This document shows positions 1 to 8,565 of a DNA stretch of 23,473 bases, piece after piece. Location of the stretch: NCBI GenBank assembly GCA_963759805.1, contig CAVXAT010000016.1, forward strand, positions 1-23,473, written 5' to 3'. Source of the stretch: an uncultured bacterium. GTDB lineage: Bacteria; Babelota; Babeliae; Babelales; RVW-14. The position numbers and the translations under genes are program-made. The notes under the pieces were generated by a model. The model had not been told where the DNA came from, searched no databases, and was given only the letters and a program-made list of their open reading frames with translations. Every line of letters begins with the position of its first letter. Within the stretch, counting starts at the first letter, position 1.

Positions 1-39
1 ATAGGGGTAACGGGTTATACTTTGGGACGAGAAAACTAA

Positions 40-858
40 TTAAGGAAGCGTAACTTTTACTTTGCTATTTTTTGCGTCCGGCGAACTGTTTTTCCTTCCT
101 ATTCTTTCATGAAAGACGGAATCTTCCAAACATAGTATGGATTTTGCCGAGATTCTTTTTAATTTATCGAATTCAATTGTAGATTTTAAAACGATTCTTG
201 GGATCTTGATGAAATTGTCAGCCAGGTTTACATTCCACTCTTCGATTCTTTCAACGTATTTTGGATCGACAAGGAGTATGATGCTGTTTTTAGGGATTAC
301 AAAATTCTTGCGATTAAGTTTCTTCTCTTTTTGAAGCCAAATTCCCTGTCCATGTCCAAGTCTTTTGAATGAAAACCCCAGATAGTTTTTATCAGGAATT
401 ACTTTTAGGCTGGCAAATGTGTTTTTTTTATCTACCACATGCTGAATTTTACGAGTAATGATGAGCCTGTACTTTTGTATATCTTGATCATTAATAGGAA
501 ATGAGAAAAAACCGTCTTCGTCGGTTAATGTCTCCTGTCCTTCAAAAAATACTCGAAATTCGGGGATGTCATCAACCCGATTTTCAATTCTGATAGCCCC
601 TTTAACAAAAAGGGGTTGCCCATTTGGTGGTCGAGAGAAGACATTTGGTTTTAGATCAGCCGAGTTGAAATTATTAGAGGCAGGGACATTTGATTTAAGA
701 TCACTGTCTGATGTAGCTTGTGTGCGTGGATAAAATTTCCCAAAATCTTGCTTATCAATTTTTTTGTCAAATTCATCATCGGCATTAAGTTTTGAAATTA
801 CGATTAATACGAGTAGTGTTACGCCTGAGATAAAACAGATAATATTTTTTTTCAACAT
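40..858 (-). CDS. Hypothetical exported or membrane-anchored protein (272 aa)
   Basis: Long ORF with a basic-hydrophobic N-terminus (MLKKNIICFISGVTLLVLIV) and GGAG upstream. TDEDGFFSF resembles a carboxypeptidase-regulatory-like beta domain motif. No family recognised. Confidence 0.75.
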   Translation of the reverse strand: MLKKNIICFISGVTLLVLIVISKLNADDEFDKKIDKQDFGKFYPRTQATSDSDLKSNVPASNNFNSADLKPNVFSRPPNGQPLFVKGAIRIENRVDDIPEFRVFFEGQETLTDEDGFFSFPINDQDIQKYRLIITRKIQHVVDKKNTFASLKVIPDKNYLGFSFKRLGHGQGIWLQKEKKLNRKNFVIPKNSIILLVDPKYVERIEEWNVNLADNFIKIPRIVLKSTIEFDKLKRISAKSILCLEDSVFHERIGRKNSSPDAKNSKVKVTLP

Positions 859-1031
859 ACTTCTCCAATTTCTTTAGTTCAATTTCTTTGGTCCAACTTC
901 TTTAAATTTATTATTTTTGTAATTTTATCTAAGTTTATATTTAAGTTTATATTATGGTATTCTAAAAGTTAAGATAAGAAAATAGATTTTGATCAATTTT
1001 TATTAAACCGTTTAATAAGGGATTTTTTTAG

Positions 1032-1472
1032 ATGAAATTTTGGGATAAGGCGAAAGAGTCTTTCTTCAAGGCGATGCGATCGGGAAAATCTCCGCGAGCA
1101 TTGGCTATAGCATTTTGTGTTGGAATTTATGTTGCATTTTCTCCTTTTCCAATGGCTCACACGATTATGATGATTATTTTCAGTTGGCTTTGGGGCCTGA
1201 ATTTCCCAATAATGTTCATTGCCGCTTCAATAAATAATCCATGGACAATTGTTCCATTTTTCTCTATCGATTATACTTTTGGGTACTGGTTTGTTCATAA
1301 TTTGCTCGGTTGGGACCCGGTATGGGTTATTTCTTTGGTAAAAATATTTGGATATGGTAAAATCTGCGTATGGTCCTTTTTGATTGGCGGAAATGTTTTG
1401 GGCATTGCAGCCGGTCTAATTTGTTATCCGATAGTGTACTATTTTTTTAAAAAATTTGTTAAAAGTGCATAG
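1032..1472 (+). CDS. DUF2062 family membrane protein
   Basis: SPRALAIAFCVGIYVAFSPF...HT...NNPWT pattern with hydrophobic helices; 3 bp upstream of smpB. Confidence 0.8.
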   Translation: MKFWDKAKESFFKAMRSGKSPRALAIAFCVGIYVAFSPFPMAHTIMMIIFSWLWGLNFPIMFIAASINNPWTIVPFFSIDYTFGYWFVHNLLGWDPVWVISLVKIFGYGKICVWSFLIGGNVLGIAAGLICYPIVYYFFKKFVKSA

Positions 1473-1475
1473 ATT

Positions 1476-1937
1476 ATGAGCGTTGTAGTTGTAAATAAAA
1501 AAGCAAGATTTGATTATGAGATTTTAGAAACCGTTGAAGCCGGCATTGAGCTACGCGGTGATGAGGTAAAGTCTTTGCGAAAAAAGGCAGTGTCGCTTGA
1601 AGAGACTTATGCTGTTGCAAAGGATGGTCAGATGATGCTTTTGAACTGTTACATTGCTCCGTATACCCATGCATATGCAAAAAATGAGATAACAGACACG
1701 TCAAGACGCAGTCGTAGGTTGTTACTGCATAAACGAGAGATTGATAAGATGATTGGTCAAATTTCTCGTAAGGGTCTGACTATAATTCCACTTAAAATTT
1801 ATTTTAATAGCAAGGGCTTTGCAAAAATTGAGCTTGGCATTGCAAAGCACAAGAAATTGATTGATAAAAAAAGAGAACTCAGGGAAAAAGACATAAAACG
1901 TGAAACTGAACGACAGATAAGAGGTCGTATAAATTAG
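1476..1937 (+). CDS. smpB: SsrA-binding protein SmpB
   Basis: NKKARFDYEILETVEAGIELRGDEVKSLR, RRLLLHKREI and basic DKKRE tail. Confidence 0.97.
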   Translation: MSVVVVNKKARFDYEILETVEAGIELRGDEVKSLRKKAVSLEETYAVAKDGQMMLLNCYIAPYTHAYAKNEITDTSRRSRRLLLHKREIDKMIGQISRKGLTIIPLKIYFNSKGFAKIELGIAKHKKLIDKKRELREKDIKRETERQIRGRIN

Positions 1938-1947
1938 GGGGAGGGTT

Positions 1948-2784
1948 ATGATAATTGGTAGTAAACTCTATCGCACGAGGCAGTGTGCGGACTCGATGGA
2001 CTGGGCAAAGCAAAATATGGCAACGGCTCCTGATGGAGCTGTTTTTTTAGCAGATAAACTTACTCAAGCCAAAGGACGGGATGGTAGGGTTTGGAAGGTT
2101 TATGACGGACAGTTGAATGTTACTATTTTACTTAAGCCCAAAATCTTGCACGGTTTTTCTTCAGAAGATCTACAAATTCGAATTAATCAATTAAATATGG
2201 CAGTATCTCTTGGCATATATGATGCTATAAAAGATTTTGGGGTTGGGACTAAATGGCCTAACGATTTTGTTACTCAAAATGATACAACCGTGAATAAGAA
2301 AATGGTGAATAAAAAAGTTGGTGGAGTTTTATTTCAGCTTGTGTGGCAAGGTGGGATGCCTGCCGGAATAGTTTGCGGATTTGCAATTAATGTAAATAAT
2401 CTGTTTGAGCAATCAGATGAACTTTTTGATACTGCTACAAGTTTATCATTTATTGCAGGTAGCAAGGTTGAGATGAGGCCTTTATATAAAAATTTGCTTT
2501 CTTCAATAAATAATTATTACGAAAAATGGCTTGCAGGTAATTTTGATGAGATTTACAAACTTTGGCGTAAGGCTCAAATTTTCCTGGGTAAGCCCATTAA
2601 AATACACCAAAAAGATGGTGTGATAATCGCCGGGACAATGGGGCAGGTTTTGCCAAATGGTGATATGCTCTTAATTGATAACTCTGGCACAGATAAATCT
2701 GGCACAGATAAATCTGGTACAGATAAATCCGGTAAACAAAAAATTGTCTCTTTCTACATGGTTGAGCAAGTTATTTCAGATTAA
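1948..2784 (+). CDS. birA: Biotin--[acetyl-CoA-carboxylase] ligase without an N-terminal HTH
   Basis: QAKGRDGRVW biotin loop variant, KWPND, KKVGGVL, AINVN and ATSL motifs; GGGGAGG RBS. Confidence 0.9.
   Translation: MIIGSKLYRTRQCADSMDWAKQNMATAPDGAVFLADKLTQAKGRDGRVWKVYDGQLNVTILLKPKILHGFSSEDLQIRINQLNMAVSLGIYDAIKDFGVGTKWPNDFVTQNDTTVNKKMVNKKVGGVLFQLVWQGGMPAGIVCGFAINVNNLFEQSDELFDTATSLSFIAGSKVEMRPLYKNLLSSINNYYEKWLAGNFDEIYKLWRKAQIFLGKPIKIHQKDGVIIAGTMGQVLPNGDMLLIDNSGTDKSGTDKSGTDKSGKQKIVSFYMVEQVISD
2677..2733 (+). repeat. In-frame 15-bp tandem repeat (SGTDK x3) in birA
   Basis: tctggcacagataaa tctggcacagataaa tctggtacagataaa tccggt. Confidence 0.95.
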
Positions 2785-2942
2785 ATTTCAAATTGCATGA
2801 ATAATGCTCTGCGCTTTGTTTTATTGAGCAGGGGGCTTTTGCAAGTTCTTTCTATCTTCTTTAAGCTTAAAATACTTAGTCTAGATGTTAGTGGTTCACT
2901 AGAGGTTATTTTGGGTATCTATTTTTTATGGAGGTTTTTATT

Positions 2943-4262
2943 ATGAAGTTTTCTGTAAAACGATTAATTTTGACAACATGTCTACTTGCTGCTTCGCTCA
3001 AGGTTAGCCCTATGGGGGTACCCGCTGATGCTGGTCTGACCAATGTTGACGTAAGCAAATTTTTTGGTGGTGCGCATTCTGCATCAGAATTGCAAACGCG
3101 CGTCGATGCAAATTTTGACAAGACAGGTTGGTTTTCTTTGTTTTGCACGGCAGGGCCTGTCGATGCAAAACTAAGAGAGGTTGCCGCATCTCAGGCTGAA
3201 ACGCAGGCGGCCATTGATGCATTAAAAGCAAATACAGCAATTTCTGAAGCTGCAAAATCTGCTGCAATTGGTGAGCTTGAACGACGCCAAGAATTTTTAT
3301 CGCAAGTTGGAAAGTGTCATGAAGGTTTGCGTGATGATTTAAGGCAGGCAAAACAGACGATTGCTGTTAATGCCGGTGAAATTGATCGTATTGCTGCGAT
3401 TGATAAGGGTGGTGTTGTTGTAGCCCGTGATACCAAGATTGCAAAAACGGTTAACCAGGCAATGATTGCTCCATTTGAGAGAGCCACAACGTGCTTTAAT
3501 CATGTTGTTACGGGGGATCCCCTTGCTCGACCTCAAGCAACTTTGGGAAAAGAGTTTGTTGATGGCAAAGCAGATCCTTATGTTGAAAGCAATAGACAAG
3601 TGGAACAAGTTGCCAGTGAATTGGATAGCAAAGCTGCTCGAGCCGGAGCAGAATTAGCGCAGCGAGAACTCACAGAAAAATGTAAAGTAAGCGGAGATTC
3701 TTCATGGGATTGTTGGGATAATCGTGTCAAGATGAAGGCTGCAGCAGCCACAGAATGGATTGCTGGTGGTTGGAAAGTATTAGGCCAGAATGTAGCGCCT
3801 AAACTTGAGGCTGCAAAGGCCATTACTTTGGCCGATGTTCGTAGCTATAAGGCCATTACTTTGGCCGATGTTCGTAGTTATGGAGCCGATAAATGGAAAG
3901 CTGTTCGTGACTATGGGATTTGTAATCATAAGCTGGAATGTACAGTGGCCAATCCGGAATGTACAGTGGACATTGATGGGCATGCATTTTGTGCTGATCC
4001 GCATTCATCAAGCCCATATGATAATCCAATGCAATACTACGCAATTCAAGGTGGTAAAATTGTTGGCGGCATAGCTCTTGCAGCAGTAGGTTTGTATGCT
4101 GCTTATAAGCTTGCAAAACTTGGTTGGAGGGGTGCATGCGCATTGAAAAATGCATTGTGGACTAACAGATCCAAGACTGCCAGGGCTGCTATTATATTAG
4201 CACTTGGAACTGCTGTTGCAGTTGCACCAAGTACGGCTATGGCTTATGGTTATATGCAATAA
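2943..4262 (+). CDS. Hypothetical secreted/membrane-anchored Ala-rich coiled-coil protein
   Basis: Track ORF is 2928..4262; ATG 2943 follows GGAGG. Signal-like N-terminus, coiled-coil-like middle, Cys-rich patch and two C-terminal hydrophobic segments. Confidence 0.8.
   Translation: MKFSVKRLILTTCLLAASLKVSPMGVPADAGLTNVDVSKFFGGAHSASELQTRVDANFDKTGWFSLFCTAGPVDAKLREVAASQAETQAAIDALKANTAISEAAKSAAIGELERRQEFLSQVGKCHEGLRDDLRQAKQTIAVNAGEIDRIAAIDKGGVVVARDTKIAKTVNQAMIAPFERATTCFNHVVTGDPLARPQATLGKEFVDGKADPYVESNRQVEQVASELDSKAARAGAELAQRELTEKCKVSGDSSWDCWDNRVKMKAAAATEWIAGGWKVLGQNVAPKLEAAKAITLADVRSYKAITLADVRSYGADKWKAVRDYGICNHKLECTVANPECTVDIDGHAFCADPHSSSPYDNPMQYYAIQGGKIVGGIALAAVGLYAAYKLAKLGWRGACALKNALWTNRSKTARAAIILALGTAVAVAPSTAMAYGYMQ
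3816..3881 (+). repeat. In-frame 33-bp tandem duplication (KAITLADVRSY x2)
   Basis: aaggccattactttggccgatgttcgtag(c/t)tat twice. A 21-bp-period ggaatgtacagtgg repeat follows at 3935-3969. Confidence 0.95.
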
Positions 4263-4297
4263 ATAAAGTGTTTTATATAAACAAACGATAATATAAA

Positions 4298-4327
4298 AAG
4301 CGTCGCCTGAAAACACAGGCAGCGCTT
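4298..4327 (+). terminator. Putative intrinsic terminator hairpin
   Basis: Imperfect stem aagcgtcgcctg-aaaaca-caggcagcgctt about 35 bp after the stop, followed by ggattttc. Confidence 0.5.
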
Positions 4328-4438
4328 GGATTTTCTAGCATAAGTGAATGTAAATTAACAAATTTGTCTGTTTTTCTCAAAGCAAGACTATGTATTGTTA
4401 ACTTGATTAATATCAATTAATAATTAATGGGAGATTTT

Positions 4439-5407
4439 ATGAATTACATTAAAGCTTTTAAAGCTAATATTTTTTTATTTGTAGTTGGTTTGTCTTTATT
4501 CCAGGCAGACATTTTTGGAGCGGTACCCAAACCTGAGCTTGACTCCGCCGCGCTTGCGCATGAGGAATCCCGCAGGGCAAAAGTCATTCTTGTTCTTGGT
4601 ACGTCCAGCTCAGGTAAATCAACAATTTCTAATCGACTTAAGGCCAATTTCCCGAATAGTTGTCTGGTTGCTATGGATAGCATGGATGATGAGTTAGATC
4701 AAGGAATAACTAAGCAAGAGCGTCTAGAATTTCCACGGGAATGGTTGTCTACAGAATTATGCATTTTATGCAAACAGATACTTAAGCAAGCAGATTCGCA
4801 CAGTATCATAGTTGTTGATGCAATTCTTCAAGAAATAACTAGAGATTCGCAGGTAGATCAAACCGCATCGTTTATAACTTACTTAGAACGAAAAGGGTTT
4901 CAAGTTTATTCCCTGTTGGTTCACTGTCCAATTGCACGGTTAGTACAAAATGTTTCAAAAAGGAATGCAGATGGCTGTGATATGAGTCGACGTAGCCCCG
5001 TAGCTGTTGTTGGAGAGTACATAGATAATTATATTTCGCCTGTGGGTTCACCCTCATCAGGGTGCCACCGTTCCCCTTTTGGCAGTCCTCCTTCTTGTGG
5101 TTCATTAAGGGCGTCCATTGATGGTGAAGTTGCTGCGTTTACAGGTCGGTCCGGCGAGTTTATTGATCCTAGTGATTTTGACTTGGTCTTAAAGATGTTT
5201 TCCCAGATGCAAGTTGATCCCTCACTTGAGAAGGCAAAAAATGTTTTACTCGAAAAGATCAAACAGGTCTCAGCCCGAAGAACCCCTTCACCGGTTATAA
5301 TAGCTTATGAAAATTACAATTTCATTTTTAACAACAGAACACCTGAGCTATTCGAAACAGAATTTTCAAGATTAATCAGTGCAATTTCAATGTGGGTTGC
5401 AAACTAA
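4439..5407 (+). CDS. P-loop kinase-fold protein (AAA/chloramphenicol-phosphotransferase-like) with signal peptide
   Basis: VILVLGTSSSGKST Walker A, IIVVD Walker B-like and R..R lid; hydrophobic N-terminus. ATG 4439 follows GGAG (track start 4427). Confidence 0.75.
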   Translation: MNYIKAFKANIFLFVVGLSLFQADIFGAVPKPELDSAALAHEESRRAKVILVLGTSSSGKSTISNRLKANFPNSCLVAMDSMDDELDQGITKQERLEFPREWLSTELCILCKQILKQADSHSIIVVDAILQEITRDSQVDQTASFITYLERKGFQVYSLLVHCPIARLVQNVSKRNADGCDMSRRSPVAVVGEYIDNYISPVGSPSSGCHRSPFGSPPSCGSLRASIDGEVAAFTGRSGEFIDPSDFDLVLKMFSQMQVDPSLEKAKNVLLEKIKQVSARRTPSPVIIAYENYNFIFNNRTPELFETEFSRLISAISMWVAN

Positions 5408-5423
5408 CAGCTGAGCCGCCCTT

Positions 5424-5657
5424 ATACCATTCTGTTGAATTAAAGTACCCAAGCTTGCCCGCTCCCAGCCGTCGCCTTCGCTTCGCTCATGGCTATGGCG
5501 GGCAGGCTGTGGTGAGTGTTTTTTGCAGGCCGCACCCTTCGATACGCGCACTGCGTGCGCACTCAGGGCGAGCGGCCAAAAAAAATGTACGTGGGCGTCG
5601 AAGCCTTGGCGAAGGCGGCTCGAACCATGCGGGCATAAGACTTACTTTGAATGGTAT
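5424..5657 (+). mobile_element. MITE-like palindromic element, copy A (234 bp)
   Basis: Terminal IR ataccattc (5424-5432) / gaatggtat (5649-5657). GC-rich multi-hairpin interior. Near-identical reverse-complement copies at 8566-8799 and from 23299. Confidence 0.88.
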
Positions 5658-6613
5658 TACTCCATTCTGATTACATTACTCTCAACTGCTTGCTGCTGCA
5701 TAAATGTCGAGTAGACTTTGCTGGCAAACGACCCAACATTTTCTGCAAAAGAGCGACTTTCCATACCATACTCTTCTTCGTCGCTTGAAGTCAGCATATG
5801 CAGAAGCCCTGAACCCTTTTTAGGGTGGATAAGTTTAACTTCAGTTTCGATTTTAGCCAGTTTCTTGATGACATCAATTCCATCCTGTAGTGTGCCAAGT
5901 TGGTCGATGAGCTTGAGTTCAAGAGCCTGTGTTCCGGTAAAGACTTTTCCATCTGCCCACTTTGAAAAATCCTTTTCGGATAAATTTCTACTTTGCGCAA
6001 CATCGGTTGCAAATTGAGTGTAGGTGTTATCAGATAATTTTTGTAAATATGTAATTTCGTCGCTTGAAGTGTCTTTAAGTGGGCTGCCTGCTGTTTTATA
6101 CTTACCGGACTGTATATAGTTGAATTTAATTTTCCATGAATTTAAAAGATCTTTTACGTTTGGAAGCTCAAGTATAACACCAACACTACCAATCAACGAT
6201 GATGGATTTGCGATGATTTTATCTGAAGATGCCGCAATGTAGTAAGCGCCTGATGCGCAGAGATTTTCTACGACAGTGACAACTGGTTTTTTCTTTTTAA
6301 ATTTCTTAAGTTCGGCAAAAATTGCTTGGGCTGAGCCGGGCATTCCTCCGGGTGAGTTGATTTTTAGAATCAAGCCTTTTATGTTGTCATCCTTTGAAAA
6401 AGCCTCAATTTTGTTAAGGTAATAACTTGAATCGTACAGAACGCCATCAATCTTGAGTAGGCCGACCTCCGTTTTGGGTCTTATTGCATCAACGATTGTT
6501 GTTTTAATGCTTGAAATTATTGTGGGAGCGATGCTTAAAAACAGAAGTACCATAAATAGATTTTTAATGTAGTAAAAAAAGGTGTCTGCTTTTTCATGTC
6601 GTGTGTTTTTCAT
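5657..6613 (-). CDS. sppA: Signal peptide peptidase SppA (S49, short type)
   Basis: INSPGG, CASGAYYIA, GSVGV, SGKYK, ADGKVFTGTQA and LIDQLG motifs; N-terminal TM segment. Confidence 0.95.
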   Translation of the reverse strand: MKNTRHEKADTFFYYIKNLFMVLLFLSIAPTIISSIKTTIVDAIRPKTEVGLLKIDGVLYDSSYYLNKIEAFSKDDNIKGLILKINSPGGMPGSAQAIFAELKKFKKKKPVVTVVENLCASGAYYIAASSDKIIANPSSLIGSVGVILELPNVKDLLNSWKIKFNYIQSGKYKTAGSPLKDTSSDEITYLQKLSDNTYTQFATDVAQSRNLSEKDFSKWADGKVFTGTQALELKLIDQLGTLQDGIDVIKKLAKIETEVKLIHPKKGSGLLHMLTSSDEEEYGMESRSFAENVGSFASKVYSTFMQQQAVESNVIRME

Positions 6614-6699
6614 GGGTATTCTCCAGATAATTAGAAGTTATTTAAAAATATTGGGCAATTTTTATGATATTGAATAAATTTATACATAAGTTATTTGAT

Positions 6700-6891
6700 T
6701 TACTTTTTGACTGGAACGTCGGGAGGGCGGTTAGAATAGGTCTCTTCGAAGAGCTTTTCACTTACGCCGCAGCCCGGACAGGTCCATTCCGGATCAAGAT
6801 CTTCAAATGGAATTGGCTGATTTTCGACATTTTTTTCGGCTGATTCTTCATCATAAAGATAGCCACAGACCTTACAAATATATGCTTTCAT
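6700..6891 (-). CDS. Rubredoxin
   Basis: YICKVCGYLYD...FEDLDPEWTCPGCG; ATG at 6891 (track uses TTG at 6897). Confidence 0.93.
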   Translation of the reverse strand: MKAYICKVCGYLYDEESAEKNVENQPIPFEDLDPEWTCPGCGVSEKLFEETYSNRPPDVPVKK

Positions 6892-7018
6892 AGACAATCT
6901 CTTTTAAAAATTAATCCAAACTTACAACTTAGAAAGTTTTAACTTAAAGTCTTAACTTACCATAGAGCAGTATAGCATTTTTTTGAATTTATTTTTAAAA
7001 AAAGAGAAGAAGAGTTGA

Positions 7019-7504
7019 TTATGCTGCCAGTAATGTTGCAGGTGCAGGGACTTCCTTGCTCCTGATATTTTCATGCTTGTGTTTAGGATTCTTAAAGTTT
7101 AAGGACATGGATTTATCGTGTTTATTGTAGAGTACTTCAACAACTTTGTCCGCAGGAATTGCATCATGAAGGTAGCATTCATGTACAAAGTCCGGTCTTT
7201 TGTGGTACTCATCATAATAAATCTTTGTTGTTGTTGAGATTGCATTTGATCCGGCAAGTGCATATGTGCAACGGATGGAACAAGGATGCCCTGATTGTTT
7301 TAAGCTAGATTTGATTTTTGCTGCGGCATCATTGATAATTGCCTGTTCATCACGAAGCTTTTTAAGTTTAAACTTTTGACATTCTTTACTAATGCCGTTG
7401 CGATTTTTGGCTTGGAGAGGCATCTCTTGCAGTGCCATTAAAAAAATAAATAAAAAGCTCAAACTACCTGAGAAAGCAATCTTATATAAAGTTAAATTTT
7501 TCAT
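7019..7504 (-). CDS. Hypothetical secreted protein (161 aa)
   Basis: GGAG RBS and signal-peptide-like N-terminus; no recognised domain. Confidence 0.7.
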   Translation of the reverse strand: MKNLTLYKIAFSGSLSFLFIFLMALQEMPLQAKNRNGISKECQKFKLKKLRDEQAIINDAAAKIKSSLKQSGHPCSIRCTYALAGSNAISTTTKIYYDEYHKRPDFVHECYLHDAIPADKVVEVLYNKHDKSMSLNFKNPKHKHENIRSKEVPAPATLLAA

Positions 7505-7681
7505 GTTTTTAACTCCCGTCTATTTTAAAAAAAATTTCGTCAAAATCGGATTTTGCATCAACACAGTTGCTTATTATAAATAGAAATAATTTTATATAAT
7601 TAACTTATATTATTAGTTGACCAAAAGTAAAAGATCTCGTTTTAAAGTATGAAATAAGCCTACTTAAAAACCTTTTTTTTG

Positions 7682-8560
7682 TCAAATCCAGCACCCAATC
7701 CACCGCTTTTGGCCTTGCATATCCTTATATAATGCGAATTTCTTGAATTTATAAGCTTTTAAAGTGGTTTCTACCGTTTTTTGTGCCGGTCCGATTTCCA
7801 TAACTATCTGCGGTACGGGGGTGATCTTGTCAAGACTCGTCTTGTTAAGACTTGTCTTATTAAGAATATGGGGTGATTCTTTAAATATTCTGTGATAAAA
7901 GTACATCCCCTCATCTTTTGCCACTAGTGCCTGATGATCTTCCCATTCCCTGACATCAGGACTTAGTTGGTCAAGTTCTTGCTTTGCTAAGTACGGAGGG
8001 TTGCTAACTATCAAATCGCATCTAAAATCATGAGGTAATTTCTGGTATAGGTCAGAGTGTATAAACTCTATATTTTCAATTTTATTATGTGCTTTGTTTT
8101 CCAGGCTTAGATTTATGGCCTGCGTGTTAAGGTCTATCCCAATGATTTTTGATTTGGTAAATGCCTTTGCAAGTGCAAGTCCGATGCAGCCGGATCCGCA
8201 ACATAGGTCGATAGCGGTGAATTTTGTGAAATTTGCAATTTTTAGCTGATTAATCAACCAACTCACCCACTCTTCAGTCTCCGGCCTGGGGATCAGGACT
8301 GGTGGTTTTACCAGTATCTCCAAATTACAAAATGGAACACTGCCCAGAATGTAAGCAAGTGGTTTGTGATACTTAACGCGATCTGTAATCCATTGCTCGA
8401 GTTGAGCCTGCTGCGTGTCAGAGATATGTAGCTCCGAATTTGTAAGCAGCCATGTTTTGCTTTTATTAGTTAGTTTTTCGAGTAGCCACCAAGCCTCTTG
8501 TTCATCCTCAAGCCGTGTGGCTACCGTTTGAATCAATTTTAAAACGTTGATTTTATACAT
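7682..8560 (-). CDS. prmC: Release factor glutamine N5-methyltransferase PrmC/HemK
   Basis: PLAYILG, VLIPRPETE, DLCCGSGCI, VSNPPY and MEIG motifs. Confidence 0.96.
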   Translation of the reverse strand: MYKINVLKLIQTVATRLEDEQEAWWLLEKLTNKSKTWLLTNSELHISDTQQAQLEQWITDRVKYHKPLAYILGSVPFCNLEILVKPPVLIPRPETEEWVSWLINQLKIANFTKFTAIDLCCGSGCIGLALAKAFTKSKIIGIDLNTQAINLSLENKAHNKIENIEFIHSDLYQKLPHDFRCDLIVSNPPYLAKQELDQLSPDVREWEDHQALVAKDEGMYFYHRIFKESPHILNKTSLNKTSLDKITPVPQIVMEIGPAQKTVETTLKAYKFKKFALYKDMQGQKRWIGCWI

Positions 8561-8565
8561 GAATT

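Noticed and set aside
862..953. 14-bp and 12-bp period tandem repeats in the divergent intergenic region
   Set aside because: Short AT-rich duplications that cannot be distinguished from slippage products; no regulator assignable.
1476..1947. tmRNA (ssrA) near smpB
   Set aside because: No intergenic space and no tRNA-like ends found in this window.
5392..5714. ORFs 5392..5670 and 5523..5714 (also 8547..8783, 8584..8769 and 23149..23457)
   Set aside because: These are translations of the palindromic element with no RBS, and some overlap real genes; not called as proteins.
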